Origin: Actinomycetota bacterium
Lineage (GTDB): Bacteria > Actinomycetota > Actinomycetes > S36-B12
Assembly (NCBI GenBank): GCA_003456155.1
Contig: DMPC01000164.1
Coordinates: 1,378 to 65,377, forward strand
Direction: 5' to 3'
Length of the DNA stretch: 64,000 bases
Shown piece by piece: positions 1 through 10,423 of the stretch; the first letter of the stretch is position 1, and each line of letters begins with the position of its first letter. The notes under the pieces were generated by a model that worked only from the letters and a program-made list of their open reading frames with translations, did not search any database and was not told the DNA's origin. A program made the translations under genes and the position numbers.

Positions 1-786
1 GCCCTCGAGCACGCTCAGCAGGCTGCTGACGAGATCGCCCGCCGCACCGGACAGCCGACCCACGACATCGCCGTTGTCCTGGGATCCGGATGGGCCCCCG
101 CAGCGGACCTCCTCGGCTCCACCATCGCCGAGATCCCGATCGCGGAGATTCCGCACTTCTCGGCGCCCGTGGTGGACGGTCATGGCGGACGACTCCGCAG
201 CGTCGACGCGGACGGGGTGAAGGTGCTCGTCTTCCTCGGCAGGACTCATCTCTACGAGGAGCGAGGGGTCGACGCCGTCACCCACGGCATGCGCACCGCG
301 GCGGCGGCCGGCTGCCGGGTCGTCGTGCTCACGAACGGCTGCGGCGGGCTCGATCCGAGCTGGACCCCGGGGACTCCGGTCCTGATCCGCGACCACCTGA
401 ACCTCACCGGAACCAGCCCACTTCACGGCGCGCACTTCGTCGACCTGACGGACCTGTACTCCACCCGGCTTCGGGGGATCTGCCGCGAGATCGATCCCTC
501 GCTCCCCGAGGGGGTCTATGCGCAGTTCCGCGGCCCGATGTACGAGACACCTGCGGAGATCGAGATGGTGCGGGCCATCGGCGGGACTCTCGTGGGCATG
601 AGCACCGCCCTCGAGGCGATCGTCGCGCGATCGACGGGAATGGAGATCCTCGGCCTGTCGCTCGTCACCAATCTCGCCGCGGGGATGTCCGGATCGCCGC
701 TGAACCATGAGGAGGTGCTCGCCGCCGGCCACGCAGCGGCAGAGCGGATGGGGGCGATCCTGGCCCAGGTGGTGAGGAGGGCATGA
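1..786 (+). CDS. punA: Purine nucleoside phosphorylase (trimeric PNP/PunA type); 5' end lies outside the window
   Basis: Frame 1 is open from nt 1 (ALEHAQQAADEIARRTGQPTHDIAVVLGSGW...HFSAPVVDGHGG). Track ORF 169..786 is its GTG-internal part. FRGPMYETPAEIEMVR and LVGMSTALEAIVAR are typical PNP motifs. Confidence 0.9.
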   Translation, partial: ALEHAQQAADEIARRTGQPTHDIAVVLGSGWAPAADLLGSTIAEIPIAEIPHFSAPVVDGHGGRLRSVDADGVKVLVFLGRTHLYEERGVDAVTHGMRTAAAAGCRVVVLTNGCGGLDPSWTPGTPVLIRDHLNLTGTSPLHGAHFVDLTDLYSTRLRGICREIDPSLPEGVYAQFRGPMYETPAEIEMVRAIGGTLVGMSTALEAIVARSTGMEILGLSLVTNLAAGMSGSPLNHEEVLAAGHAAAERMGAILAQVVRRA

Positions 787-787
787 C

Positions 788-2446
788 ATGGCCGACTCCC
801 TGATCGAGTCGGCCCGCGCCTGGCTCTCCGATGACCCGGACGCGGACATGCGCGCGGAGTTGGACGCACTGATGGATGCAGCAGCCGAGGGAGATCCCGC
901 CGCGCGGGACGAGATCGCCGACTGCTTCTCAGGCACCCTGGAGTTCGGCACAGCCGGCCTGCGCGGCCGCGTAGGACCGGGCCCGAACCGGATGAACCAG
1001 GTCGTCGTGGCACGTGCGGCGGCGGGTCTGGCCGCCTACCTGCGGGAGAACGGCGGCGGGACCGTCGTCATCGGTCATGACGCGCGCCACGGCTCTGCAC
1101 TGTTCGCGCGGGTGACCGCGGAGATCCTCAGCGGCGCAGGGCTCGACGTACTCCTGCTGCCACCCCATCTGCCCACACCGCTGCTCGCGTTCGCCATCCT
1201 CCACCTCCGCTGCGCTGCCGGCGTGATGGTGACGGCCAGTCACAACCCCCGTCGGGACAACGGCTACAAGGTCTACCTCGCCGATGGCATCCAGATCGTG
1301 CCGCCCGCCGATGCCGAGATCAGCGCGCACATCGCGCGAGCCACCGTGGCCGGACCGGTCGACGAACTGCCACGCGGGACCACCTGGACCACTCTGGGTG
1401 ACGAGGTCCAGCAGGCGTATGTCGCACGGGCAGCCAGCCTCGTCGAGGCCCCGTCGCCACAAGCACTCAAGGTCGCCTACACACCCGTGCACGGCGTCGG
1501 GGGCGCCACCTTCCTGCGCTGCATGGATGCTGCAGGGTTCGCCGCACCACACGTGGTGACCTCGCAGTTCGAGCCGGATCCGGACTTCGGCGGCATGCCC
1601 TTCCCCAATCCCGAGGAGCCGGGCGTCATGGACGCCGTGATCGAGCTGGCCCGCGCGCAGGGATGCGACCTCGCCCTCGCGAATGATCCGGATGCGGATC
1701 GCTTCGCCGTCGGGATCCCGGATGCGGGGAACTGGCGGATGCTGAGCGGTGACGAGGTGGGATGGCTGCTCGGCTGGTGGATCTCTGCCGGTCATCGCCG
1801 GCGCCAGGGACGCCACGTCCTGGCCCAGTCGATCGTCTCCGGATCCATGCTCGAGGCGATCGCCGACGATGCGGGTGTCCCGTACGCCCAGACCCTCACC
1901 GGATTCAAGTGGATCGCCCGTGTGCCCGATCTCGCCTTCGGGTACGAGGAGGCCCTGGGCTACTGCGTGGATCCCGCCGCCGTCCGTGACAAGGACGGAA
2001 TCACCGCAGCGCTGCTGTTCACCGAGATGGCTGAACACCTCGCCCGGCGCGGAGCCACCCTTCCGCAGATCCTCGACGACCTTGCGCTGCGCCATGGCGT
2101 GTACGCCACCGGTCAGGTGTCGATCCGCCATTCCGATGTGTCACGGATCGCGCAGGTGATGTCCCACCTCAGGGCCCATCCGCCCGCGCAGCTCGGCGGC
2201 CTTGCCGTGGAGCGTGTCGAGGATCTCGAGGAGCCGACAGGAGACCTGCCGCCCACGGACGGCCTGCGCTACTCCCTCGCCGGCAACAGTCGCGTCATCG
2301 TGCGGCCCAGTGGCACGGAGGCCAAGGTGAAGTCCTACCTCCAGGCGCGCGTGCCCGTCGAGAGCGGTGACCTCGCCGGAGCGCGCGCCCGCGCCCAGGG
2401 CTGCCTGGACGCTCTGACGCAGGACCTTCGGGCCCTCCTGACCTAG
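788..2446 (+). CDS. Phospho-sugar mutase (alpha-D-phosphohexomutase superfamily; PmmB/phosphopentomutase-like)
   Basis: 552-aa ORF with its ATG 1 nt after the punA stop. Phosphoserine loop TASHNPRRDNGYKVY and metal loop ANDPDADRF. Its position next to PNP mirrors deoD-pmmB in mycobacteria. Confidence 0.85.
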   Translation: MADSLIESARAWLSDDPDADMRAELDALMDAAAEGDPAARDEIADCFSGTLEFGTAGLRGRVGPGPNRMNQVVVARAAAGLAAYLRENGGGTVVIGHDARHGSALFARVTAEILSGAGLDVLLLPPHLPTPLLAFAILHLRCAAGVMVTASHNPRRDNGYKVYLADGIQIVPPADAEISAHIARATVAGPVDELPRGTTWTTLGDEVQQAYVARAASLVEAPSPQALKVAYTPVHGVGGATFLRCMDAAGFAAPHVVTSQFEPDPDFGGMPFPNPEEPGVMDAVIELARAQGCDLALANDPDADRFAVGIPDAGNWRMLSGDEVGWLLGWWISAGHRRRQGRHVLAQSIVSGSMLEAIADDAGVPYAQTLTGFKWIARVPDLAFGYEEALGYCVDPAAVRDKDGITAALLFTEMAEHLARRGATLPQILDDLALRHGVYATGQVSIRHSDVSRIAQVMSHLRAHPPAQLGGLAVERVEDLEEPTGDLPPTDGLRYSLAGNSRVIVRPSGTEAKVKSYLQARVPVESGDLAGARARAQGCLDALTQDLRALLT

Positions 2447-3213
2447 TAGCCCCCCGCCGAGGCACCGTCGGCGGGAAGTTCGCCCGACGCGATCGCGATG
2501 GACGCCGACGCGCCGATCCGGTCAGCACCCGCCGCGATCATCGCCACGGCATCCTGCGTCGTGCGGATGCCACCCGATGCCTTCACCCCGAGATCGTCGC
2601 CGACCACGGCGCGCATGAGCGCGACATCAGCCGCGGTCGCGCCACCCGTCGACATTCCCGTCGACGTCTTGACGTAGGCAGCGCCCGCCCGAGCGGCGAT
2701 CTCGCAGGCGACGGCCTTCTGAACGTCGTCGAGCAGGCAGGTCTCGATGATGACCTTGACCGGTCGACCCTGCGCCGCGATCACCACAGCGCGGATGTCG
2801 TCGTGGACTCCGTGAAGGTTCCCCTCCTTCAGGTCACCGACGCTGATCACCATGTCGATCTCGTCAGCACCCCCCGCAACGGCGAGGGCTGTCTCGTCGG
2901 CCTTGGCCTGCGAGGCCATTGCTCCCAGCGGGAAGCCCACGACGGAACAGGTGAGCACCCCCGAACCGGCCAACTCAGCCGCGACCAACGGCACCCACCG
3001 GGAGTTCACGCAGACCGAGGCGAAAGCATGCTCGCGTGCCTCGTGGCAGACCCGGACGATCTCGGAAGACGTCGCAGCAGCGCCGAGGAGAGTGTGATCG
3101 ATGCGCCCGGCCAGGGATGCGGCGTCGCGCAGGGCCCGGGGACGATCGATGGGCCCCACCGGACCGAGCTCGGCGTCGACCAGGGAGCGGGCACGGGCGA
3201 TAGCGTCTTCCAT
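2443..3213 (-). CDS. deoC: Deoxyribose-phosphate aldolase
   Basis: Track ORF 2443..3351. Start moved to Met47 (3213) so it clears the thiolase stop at 3278. Motifs DHTLLG, KVIIETCLL and YVKTSTG. The stop overlaps the mutase stop in the tetranucleotide CTAG. Confidence 0.85.
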   Translation of the reverse strand: MEDAIARARSLVDAELGPVGPIDRPRALRDAASLAGRIDHTLLGAAATSSEIVRVCHEAREHAFASVCVNSRWVPLVAAELAGSGVLTCSVVGFPLGAMASQAKADETALAVAGGADEIDMVISVGDLKEGNLHGVHDDIRAVVIAAQGRPVKVIIETCLLDDVQKAVACEIAARAGAAYVKTSTGMSTGGATAADVALMRAVVGDDLGVKASGGIRTTQDAVAMIAAGADRIGASASIAIASGELPADGASAGGY

Positions 3214-3277
3214 GGGATCAGGGTATGCCGTGGGGTCACCCCGCCGTGAGCCTGCGGGCCGCGCCCCTCGACCGGCA

Positions 3278-4480
3278 CTAGATCCGTTCGACCACCATGG
3301 CTGCACCTTGGCCAACACCGATGCACAGGGACGCCACCCCGTACCGACCACCGGTCCGCTCGAGATGACCCAGGAGTGTGATCAGCATGCGGGATCCGCT
3401 CGATCCGAGCGGATGACCCAGCGCAATAGCCCCACCCGTGGGATTGAGCCGTTCGCGGGGGATGCCCAATTGCCGTTCGCATGCGATCACTTGAGCGGCG
3501 AAGGCCTCGTTGATGTCCACACAGTCCATGTGATCCATCGTCAGACCTGCCTTGTCGAGGGCAGCTCGGATGGCGGGTACCGGGCCAAGCCCGAAGAGGC
3601 TTGGTGCGACTCCCGCGACGGCGTAGCTCACCACTCGAGCACGAGGTCGCAGACCGTGTTGGCGCACAGATGCATCGCCGGCAACGATCAGGGCAGATGC
3701 TCCGTCCGAGAGCGGCGACGAATTGCCCGCCGTGCATAGACCATCCCGGGCAAAGGCAGGATCCAGGGCCGTCAAGGAGTCGATGGTCGTCCCTGCCCGC
3801 ACCGTCTCATCCCTGGTGATCTCACCCTTGCGGGTGGCTACCGGCACGATCTCGTCATCGAACCAGCCCTGCTCCCACGCGTGAGATGCGAGGGTCTGCG
3901 AGCGCAAGGCATAGGTGTCCGCCTCTTCCCGGGTCACACCTGCCATTCGAGCCAGCTTCTCCGTGCATTCCCCTAGGGACAGGGTCGCTTCGCCTCCATC
4001 GAGTGCTGCCATCCGCGGATTGACGAACCGCCAGCCCAGAGCGCTGTCGAACACGTGGTCCGGCTTCGCCCAGGCCCGAGAGGGTTTGCCGGTCACCCAC
4101 GGCGCTCTCGTCATCGACTCAACCCCACCCGCAACGGCGAGATCAATGTCCCCTGCCCTGATGGCCTGGGCTGCAGACGCCACCGCCTGCAGGCCGGAAG
4201 CACAAAGGCGGTTGACGGTGAGGCCCGGCACCGTGTCCGGAAGTCCCGCCAGCAGGGCCGCCATCCTGGCCACGTTCCGATTGTCGTCGCCCGCTTGGTT
4301 GGCTGCTCCTAGGATCACGTCATCGATGGCATCGCCGGGGATCGAGTTTCGGGCCACCGCCTCACCCACCACCATGGCGGCGAGGTCATCGGCTCGAACC
4401 TCGGCGAGGGCTCCCCCATAGCGACCCACAGGTGTCCGGACTCCGCCGACCAGATATGCCGTCTCCGCCACGGAGGCCAC
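3278..4480 (-). CDS. Acetyl-CoA C-acyltransferase (thiolase II/I family)
   Basis: 400 aa. Active-site Cys context NRLCASGLQAV. C-terminal GGAIALGHPLGSSG and CIGVGQGAAMVVERI. Confidence 0.9.
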   Translation of the reverse strand: MASVAETAYLVGGVRTPVGRYGGALAEVRADDLAAMVVGEAVARNSIPGDAIDDVILGAANQAGDDNRNVARMAALLAGLPDTVPGLTVNRLCASGLQAVASAAQAIRAGDIDLAVAGGVESMTRAPWVTGKPSRAWAKPDHVFDSALGWRFVNPRMAALDGGEATLSLGECTEKLARMAGVTREEADTYALRSQTLASHAWEQGWFDDEIVPVATRKGEITRDETVRAGTTIDSLTALDPAFARDGLCTAGNSSPLSDGASALIVAGDASVRQHGLRPRARVVSYAVAGVAPSLFGLGPVPAIRAALDKAGLTMDHMDCVDINEAFAAQVIACERQLGIPRERLNPTGGAIALGHPLGSSGSRMLITLLGHLERTGGRYGVASLCIGVGQGAAMVVERI

Positions 4481-4622
4481 CTCATCCCTCTCCTGATCAC
4501 TGTGGATGCAGGCTAGAAGGCTCCCAGAGGCGTGAGCGTCCCATCGTGGGGCACTCCATTGCGCCTCACGGGCAGCAGGATGCGACTGTCAGAGTTATCG
4601 GCACCAGCTGGAGGGAAGAAGC

Positions 4623-5360
4623 GTGAGACTACTCGACGGGCGCGTAGCCGTCGTTACCGGGGGGGCCCAGGGCATTGGGCTGGCCATCACCAAGGCCTTC
4701 GTGGCCGAAGGAGCCAAAGTCGTCATTGGCGACATCAATGCCGACACGGCGATGCAGGCAGCCGCGTCGATCGGCGAGACTGACTGCCAGCCCGAGGCGT
4801 GCGACGTGACGGACGCAGAGGCCGTTCAGCGCCTCCTGGATCGCGCAGTAGACCGCTTCGGCGGACTCGACATCATGGTGAACAACGCCGGCATCACCCG
4901 CGACGCAACCATGCGCAAGATGACCGAGGCCGACTTCGACACCGTGATCGCCGTGCACCTCAAGGGGTGCTGGAATGGAACTCGCCTGGCGGCCGGAATC
5001 ATGCGTGAGGCCGGCAGCGGTTCGATCATCAACCTGTCCTCCATCTCAGGAAAGGTGGGGTTCTTCGGCCAGACGAACTACTCCGCCGCGAAGGCCGGGA
5101 TCGTGGGGCTGACGAAGGCGGCAGCCAAGGAAGTGGCCGCCGCAGGAGTGCGGGTGAATGCCATCCAGCCCGGCCTCATCCGTACCGCCATGACAGAGGC
5201 CATGCCTCAGGACATCTGGGATGCGAAGCTTGCCGAGGTCCCCATGCGGCGAGCGGGCGAGCCGGAGGAAGTGGCGAGTGTGGCGCTGTTCCTGGCAAGC
5301 GGGATGAGCAGTTACCTCACGGGAACGGTGCTCGAGGTCACCGGCGGCCGCTACATGTAG
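4623..5360 (+). CDS. SDR oxidoreductase, 3-oxoacyl-ACP/CoA reductase (FabG)-like
   Basis: 245 aa, GTG start preceded by [22 protein letters not shown] cofactor motif, NNAG, catalytic YSAAKAG. Confidence 0.85.
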   Translation: MRLLDGRVAVVTGGAQGIGLAITKAFVAEGAKVVIGDINADTAMQAAASIGETDCQPEACDVTDAEAVQRLLDRAVDRFGGLDIMVNNAGITRDATMRKMTEADFDTVIAVHLKGCWNGTRLAAGIMREAGSGSIINLSSISGKVGFFGQTNYSAAKAGIVGLTKAAAKEVAAAGVRVNAIQPGLIRTAMTEAMPQDIWDAKLAEVPMRRAGEPEEVASVALFLASGMSSYLTGTVLEVTGGRYM

Positions 5361-5372
5361 GGCCGCAGGCCC

Positions 5373-6920
5373 TCAGGAACCCTCCGACTGCAGGCGAGCA
5401 CGAAGTGCGAACTTCTCGATCTTTCCCGTGCTGGTCTTGGGCAGGTCCGCGAAGATCACATCTTTGGGCGCCTTGAAGTGCGCGAGTCGATCTCGACACC
5501 ACTGGATGAGTTCATCGCCGGTGCACTCCGCCCCAGTCCGCAGCGTCACGAACGCGACCGGAACCTCGCCCCAGCGCGCGTGAGCACCTGCAATGACGGC
5601 CGCCTCCGCCACAGCTGGGTGCGACACCAGCACCTGCTCCACTTCGATGGAGCTGATGTTCTCGCCACCGCTGATGATGATGTCCTTCGACCGGTCACGC
5701 AGTTCAATCATGCCGTCAGGGTGCCAAACCGCTAGGTCGCCTGTGCGGAACCATCCATCCGCATACGAGATCTCCGTTTGTTCACTGTCGTTGAAGTAGC
5801 CGAGCGTGACGTTGTTACCGCGCAGCCATAGCTCCCCCATGGAAGAACCGTCCTTGTCGACGACACTCCCATCGGGGGCCACGACACAGAGCGGCTGGGA
5901 GATGATGTTGGGAGCTCCCTGCCTCGCCCGTAACCGTGCACGCTGATCTTCGGGCAACTCGTCCCATTCCGGGTACCACGGCGACACGATGACAGGGCCG
6001 AAAGTCTCGGTCAGGCCATACATGTGGATGACGTCAAACCCCAGACGATCCATCTCCGAGAGAAGCGTCGGTGACGGTGGCGACCCACCGGTCCCCACCG
6101 TGACGCGGATCTCCAGGGGCGACGCTTCCGGGGCACGGGCAAGGTCAGCCAGCACAACGGGTGCCGCACAGAGGCAGTTGACGCCCTCCTCCCGGATGAG
6201 GCGCCAGCTCTCGCTCGGCACGACCTTGCGCTGGCAGACATGCGTTCCACCGGCCGCGACAACGGCCCAGGGGAAGGTCCAGCCGTTGCAGTGGAACATC
6301 GGCAGAGTCCACAGGTACACCGTGCTCACACTCAGCCCTAGGTGATAGGCCATGGCCACGGACTGCAGGAAGGCGCCGCGGTGGTGGTACATGACCCCCT
6401 TGGGGCGACCCGTGGTGCCGCTGGTGTAGTTCAGGGTGACCAGGGATCGCTCATCCGCGACCGGCCGATGCAGGTACGACGACCCTGCGGCCAGGATTCG
6501 GAACTCCTCTGCTGGCATGACACGTGCTTGAATCTCCGCCGCCTTGGGCAGCAGGTCCTCATCGACGATGACGAGTACAGCTCCACTGTGCTCCACGATG
6601 ACGGCGATCTCGTGTGCCGCCAACCGGGTGTTCAGTGCCACCAGCACTCCCCCAGCCATAGGAACGCTGTAGTGGGCCTCGAGGAGGATCGAGGTGTTGG
6701 GCGCAAGAACGGCCACCCGGTCGCCCGGTGCTATACCCAGCGCCGCGAGAGCTCCTGCCTGTCGCCCACACTCATCCAGGAGTTCGGCATACGTGAGTCT
6801 TCGGTCGCCATCAACGACCGCGAGCCTCGAAGCGTGGACGGCAGCTGAGCGAATCAGATGATCGACAGGGGTGAGCTCCGCGCTCCACGCCATGGAAGAG
6901 ATCTCCGGCCTGCCGCTCAT
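5373..6920 (-). CDS. AMP-forming acyl-CoA synthetase / fatty-acid-CoA ligase
   Basis: Track ORF 5373..7085. Start moved to Met56 (MSGRPEISS...). AMP-binding motif LNYTSGTTGRPKGV, plus GWFRTGDL and a C-terminal PKTSTGKI. Confidence 0.85.
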   Translation of the reverse strand: MSGRPEISSMAWSAELTPVDHLIRSAAVHASRLAVVDGDRRLTYAELLDECGRQAGALAALGIAPGDRVAVLAPNTSILLEAHYSVPMAGGVLVALNTRLAAHEIAVIVEHSGAVLVIVDEDLLPKAAEIQARVMPAEEFRILAAGSSYLHRPVADERSLVTLNYTSGTTGRPKGVMYHHRGAFLQSVAMAYHLGLSVSTVYLWTLPMFHCNGWTFPWAVVAAGGTHVCQRKVVPSESWRLIREEGVNCLCAAPVVLADLARAPEASPLEIRVTVGTGGSPPSPTLLSEMDRLGFDVIHMYGLTETFGPVIVSPWYPEWDELPEDQRARLRARQGAPNIISQPLCVVAPDGSVVDKDGSSMGELWLRGNNVTLGYFNDSEQTEISYADGWFRTGDLAVWHPDGMIELRDRSKDIIISGGENISSIEVEQVLVSHPAVAEAAVIAGAHARWGEVPVAFVTLRTGAECTGDELIQWCRDRLAHFKAPKDVIFADLPKTSTGKIEKFALRARLQSEGS

Positions 6921-6999
6921 GCGCCCCTCACCCGTCGACGCGGCCGACTGCGGCCGTTGCAACGCCACCATTGTGGGGCAGATCGGCTTGCTTCCCGTC

Positions 7000-7016
7000 G
7001 TGTCGGATTGGGACAC
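7000..7016. promoter_or_regulatory. Candidate operator: dyad GTGTC-N7-GACAC carrying an ATTGGGACAC box
   Basis: Read directly as cGTGTCGGATTGGGACACcc. It is centred about 90 bp from both divergent starts (6920 minus, 7103 plus). The same box recurs at 14716, 26452 (reverse), 29154 and 38098. Confidence 0.35.
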
Positions 7017-7102
7017 CCACAGAAAGCCCCGGTGCTGGACGCTGCCCTGACCGGACACGGTCCATCCTGAACCGTGGATCCACACCGCGAGGAGGACGTG
7101 AC

Positions 7103-9202
7103 ATGAGCTCGGGCGGCTTGGAGTTTCTGCACAATCCGTCGAGCGTCGCCGTCATTGGGGCATCGGATGATCCTGACAAGATCGGAGGCCGCCCGATCGC
7201 CTTCATGCAGCGATTCGGCTATCAGGGAACCATCATGCCGGTCAATCCGTCCAGAGCGACCGTGCAGGGACTCACCGCCTACCCGGACGTGGCCTCCCTT
7301 CCCTCAGTCCCCGACGCCGTCATCGTGGCACTTCCCGGCCAGGCAGCCGTCGACGCCGTCGACGCCTGTGCGGCATTGGGGGTGAAGGGCGGCGTCGTGA
7401 TGGCCTCCGGATTCGGGGAAACCGGTCGAGCAGACGACCTCGCGCGACAGCAGGATCTCGTTGCGCGGGCGAATTCCCGGGGCATGCGACTGGTGGGCCC
7501 CAATTCCCAGGGGCTGGCGAATTTCGGGACCGGCACCATCCTCAGCTTTTCGACGATGTTCGTCGAGCAGGAGCCGCTTGACGGCCCGATCGCCATCGTG
7601 AGCCAGAGCGGTGCCATGGCCTCCGTTCCCTACGGGCTGCTGCGTCGCCGCGGGCTGGGTGTGCGCTATGTGCACGGCACCGGCAACGATGCTGATCTGG
7701 GTGTGGGCGACCTGGCTGAGGCGGTGCTGCATGATCCTGACATTCGACTCGTCCTGCTGTATCTCGAGGACATTCGCGACCCACGTGCGCTGGAGCGGGC
7801 GGCGGCTCTAGCACTGGAGCGCGACGTGCCGATTGTCGCGATGATGGGGGGGCGTAGTGCGGACGGCCGACGCGCTGCGTCCTCGCATACCGGCGCCCTC
7901 GCCAACGAGCAGCGAGTAGTGGATGCCTTCCTGGCTCGCACCGGAATCTGGCGCGCTCGATCTCTCGCCGGGATGGTGGATACCGCAGCCCTGTACCTGC
8001 AGGACTGGCGCCCGAGGGGACGCAGACTGGCCATCGTCAGCAACTCCGGCGCCATCTGCGTTCTCGGAGCGGACGCGGCGGCCGACAACGATCTCGAACT
8101 GAGCACGTTTGCAGGCGAGACGACCGAGGCGCTGGCAACGGTCCTTCCTGCCTTCGCAACCAAGGCAAATCCTGTGGACATCACGGCGGCGCTCCTCACC
8201 GACAGCAGCCTCTTCAGCAAGGTACTGCCGATTCTCGCCGGGGATCCGGAGGTGGACGCGGCATTCATCGGCATCCCGGTCTCTGGCAAGGGATACGACT
8301 TCCCCCGATTCGCCGCTGATACTGCAGAGTTTGCCCGGCGCGACAACAAGCCAGTCGTCGTGGCGGTCCCTCAGGAGACAGTCGCGGCAGAGTTTCGTGC
8401 GCGTGGCCTGGTTGTCTTCGATGACGAGGCCACTGCTCTGACCGCGTTGGGCCAGTACCTGCACCACAGGGACTTGATGGCGAACGCCCTCGCCAACGGC
8501 CCTCTGCACACGCGCCGACCCGTCAGCGGGCAAACCGAGGTCCTCAGTGAGGCAGCTGCCCTCTCAGTCCTGCGCGACGCCGGTATCCCCACCGTTGAGG
8601 TAGCTGTGTGCTCGACGGCAGAGGAAGCCCGGGCAGCCTTCGAGCGCTTCGGTGACGTCCCGGTCGCCGTGAAGGGTTGCCCGAACGAGGCCACGCACAA
8701 GAGCGAACTTGGACTCGTCCGCCTCGGACTCACCACCGTCGATGCGGTGGCAGACGCAGCGGACGATCTGCTGCGCACCATGGATGCGCTCGGGCTTGAG
8801 GCCGAGGGGGTCCTCGTTTCCCCGATGGTGTCGGGCATCACAGAGGGACTCATCGGAGCACATGTGGACCCGGTGTTCGGACCTGTCGTGCTGGTCGGCG
8901 CTGGCGGGAAGTACGTCGAGGCCCTGGACGACGTACAGGCGCTGATCCCGCCCTTCAGCGCAGCGGATGCTCGAGCAGCCATTGGCCGTCTCCGGATCGC
9001 CCCGCTTCTGGCGGGAGTTCGCGGTGAACCACCCACCGATATCGAGGCATGGGTGAGTGCCACCCTCGCTCTCAGCCGCCTCATCCTGGCTGACCCGGCG
9101 ATCCAAAGCGTGGACGTCAACCCCTTGATGGTGGGCGCCGCCGAGGGCGAATCCGCCTTCGGGGCGCTAGCAGTCGATGCCGTCGTTGAGCGCATCGCCT
9201 GA
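7103..9202 (+). CDS. ADP-forming acyl-CoA synthetase (fused CoA-binding/succinyl-CoA-synthetase-like + ATP-grasp domains)
   Basis: Track ORF 6971..9202. ATG at 7103 is preceded by GGAGGA. CoA-binding N-terminus SVAVIGASDDPDKIGG. About 700 aa with a C-terminal ATP-grasp region and no GNAT domain. Confidence 0.8.
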   Translation: MSSGGLEFLHNPSSVAVIGASDDPDKIGGRPIAFMQRFGYQGTIMPVNPSRATVQGLTAYPDVASLPSVPDAVIVALPGQAAVDAVDACAALGVKGGVVMASGFGETGRADDLARQQDLVARANSRGMRLVGPNSQGLANFGTGTILSFSTMFVEQEPLDGPIAIVSQSGAMASVPYGLLRRRGLGVRYVHGTGNDADLGVGDLAEAVLHDPDIRLVLLYLEDIRDPRALERAAALALERDVPIVAMMGGRSADGRRAASSHTGALANEQRVVDAFLARTGIWRARSLAGMVDTAALYLQDWRPRGRRLAIVSNSGAICVLGADAAADNDLELSTFAGETTEALATVLPAFATKANPVDITAALLTDSSLFSKVLPILAGDPEVDAAFIGIPVSGKGYDFPRFAADTAEFARRDNKPVVVAVPQETVAAEFRARGLVVFDDEATALTALGQYLHHRDLMANALANGPLHTRRPVSGQTEVLSEAAALSVLRDAGIPTVEVAVCSTAEEARAAFERFGDVPVAVKGCPNEATHKSELGLVRLGLTTVDAVADAADDLLRTMDALGLEAEGVLVSPMVSGITEGLIGAHVDPVFGPVVLVGAGGKYVEALDDVQALIPPFSAADARAAIGRLRIAPLLAGVRGEPPTDIEAWVSATLALSRLILADPAIQSVDVNPLMVGAAEGESAFGALAVDAVVERIA

Positions 9203-9298
9203 ATCAAGCCTGTTCCAAACTAGAACAACGGCGGGCACCCGCCCGATGGTGTGATCACCTTGGCCGACAGAGGCCGCAACAAGGCGGAGGAGCACACG

Positions 9299-10387
9299 GT
9301 GAAGGGTCGTCTCGTCGCACTCGTCGGGCCGGATCAGGTCGAAATCCACGAATATGACCTACCTGAGCTTCCCCCGGGGGCCGTTCTTCTGAAGGTCAGG
9401 CGTGCCAATGTGTGCGGCTCTGACCTGCACATCTGGCACTTTCTCAGCGTGGCCTTCCGGGACGTGGCCATGGGCCACGAGTTCGTAGCGGAGATCGCCG
9501 AGCTTGGGCCAGGCGTGACCACCGACTCGGGCGGACAGCTGATCTCCGTTGGCGATCGCGTAGCCGCTGTCTACTACCACACCTGCTTGAAGTGCCCGGC
9601 ATGCGGACGCGGCGACTTCGCCATGTGCCACAACTCCGGGCGGAACATGGGTCTGCCCCCCACAACGCCTCCACACTTCAATGGCGCCTTCGCCACCCAC
9701 TACTTCGTGAGTCCGGGCCAGTTCTTCTACAAGGTGCCCGACAACGTCACTGATGCAGCGGCTGCCGGCGCGAACTGCGGTCTCGCGCAGATGATGTGCA
9801 GCATCGACAAGTTGAATGTCCGGCGAGGACAGAACGTGGTGGTTCAGGGTGCCGGCGGACTGGGGCTCTATGCCTCAGCCGTGGCAAAGAGCACGGGAGC
9901 GACCGTCATCGTCGTGGAGAAGGAGCCCGTGCGCATCGAGTCAGCTCGAACCTTTGGCGCCGATCACATCATCGACATCAATGAGTTTCCCACCGTCGAG
10001 GCTCGAACCGCCCGCATCCTCGAACTCACCAACGGAATCGGAGCAGATGCAATCATCGAGGTGACCGGCCGTCCATCCGCGTTCGCGGAAGCCATTGACT
10101 ACTCCCGCGTCGGAGCGAGCATCGCCTCCATCGGCAATCTGAATGTGGGCAAGGATTTTGAGATCAGTTTTGCCCCAGCACTGATCACGCGCAAGCAGCT
10201 GACCATTGTTGGGATACTCAGATATGACCCCTGGTACCTGAAAGACGCGCTCAATTTTCTGGCAGAGTACCGCGACGACTTCCCCTTCGACGCACTCAGC
10301 GATCGGGTCTTCAGCATGGACGACATCAACCAAGCGCTCGAGTTGAGTGAGGCCCGCGTGGTAGCGCGCGCCGCCATCATTCCCTGA
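9299..10387 (+). CDS. Zinc-dependent alcohol dehydrogenase (MDR family)
   Basis: Track ORF 9251..10387. GTG at 9299 is preferred because GGCGGAGGAG sits just upstream. Catalytic Zn motif GHEFVAEI, structural Zn CLKCPACGRGDFAMC, Rossmann VQGAGGLG. Confidence 0.85.
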   Translation: MKGRLVALVGPDQVEIHEYDLPELPPGAVLLKVRRANVCGSDLHIWHFLSVAFRDVAMGHEFVAEIAELGPGVTTDSGGQLISVGDRVAAVYYHTCLKCPACGRGDFAMCHNSGRNMGLPPTTPPHFNGAFATHYFVSPGQFFYKVPDNVTDAAAAGANCGLAQMMCSIDKLNVRRGQNVVVQGAGGLGLYASAVAKSTGATVIVVEKEPVRIESARTFGADHIIDINEFPTVEARTARILELTNGIGADAIIEVTGRPSAFAEAIDYSRVGASIASIGNLNVGKDFEISFAPALITRKQLTIVGILRYDPWYLKDALNFLAEYRDDFPFDALSDRVFSMDDINQALELSEARVVARAAIIP

Positions 10388-10423
10388 CCTCTGACCTGCA
10401 CAGCCCGAGCGGAAGAAGGCATC

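Noticed and set aside
929-2131. Long antisense or alternative-frame ORFs of 300-830 aa, e.g. 929..2131(-), 20307..21383(+), 29183..30286(-), 42932..43861(+), 49455..50945(+), 53439..55922(+), 57709..58626(+), 62186..63394(+).
   Set aside because: Each lies opposite or out of frame to a CDS with clear family motifs. Their translations are Arg/Gly/Pro/Asp-rich low-complexity strings with no recognisable motifs. This is the classic stop-codon-poor shadow-ORF pattern of high-GC DNA.
5360-5372. Short hairpins between convergent genes considered as intrinsic terminators: GGGCC-gca-GGCCC at 5360-5372, CGCAC-N5-GTGCG at 13419-13433, and GGCGGG..CCCGCC at 9230-9243.
   Set aside because: The stems are only 5-6 bp, the loops are too tight or T-tracts are absent, and some overlap stop codons. 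They are not strong enough to annotate as features.
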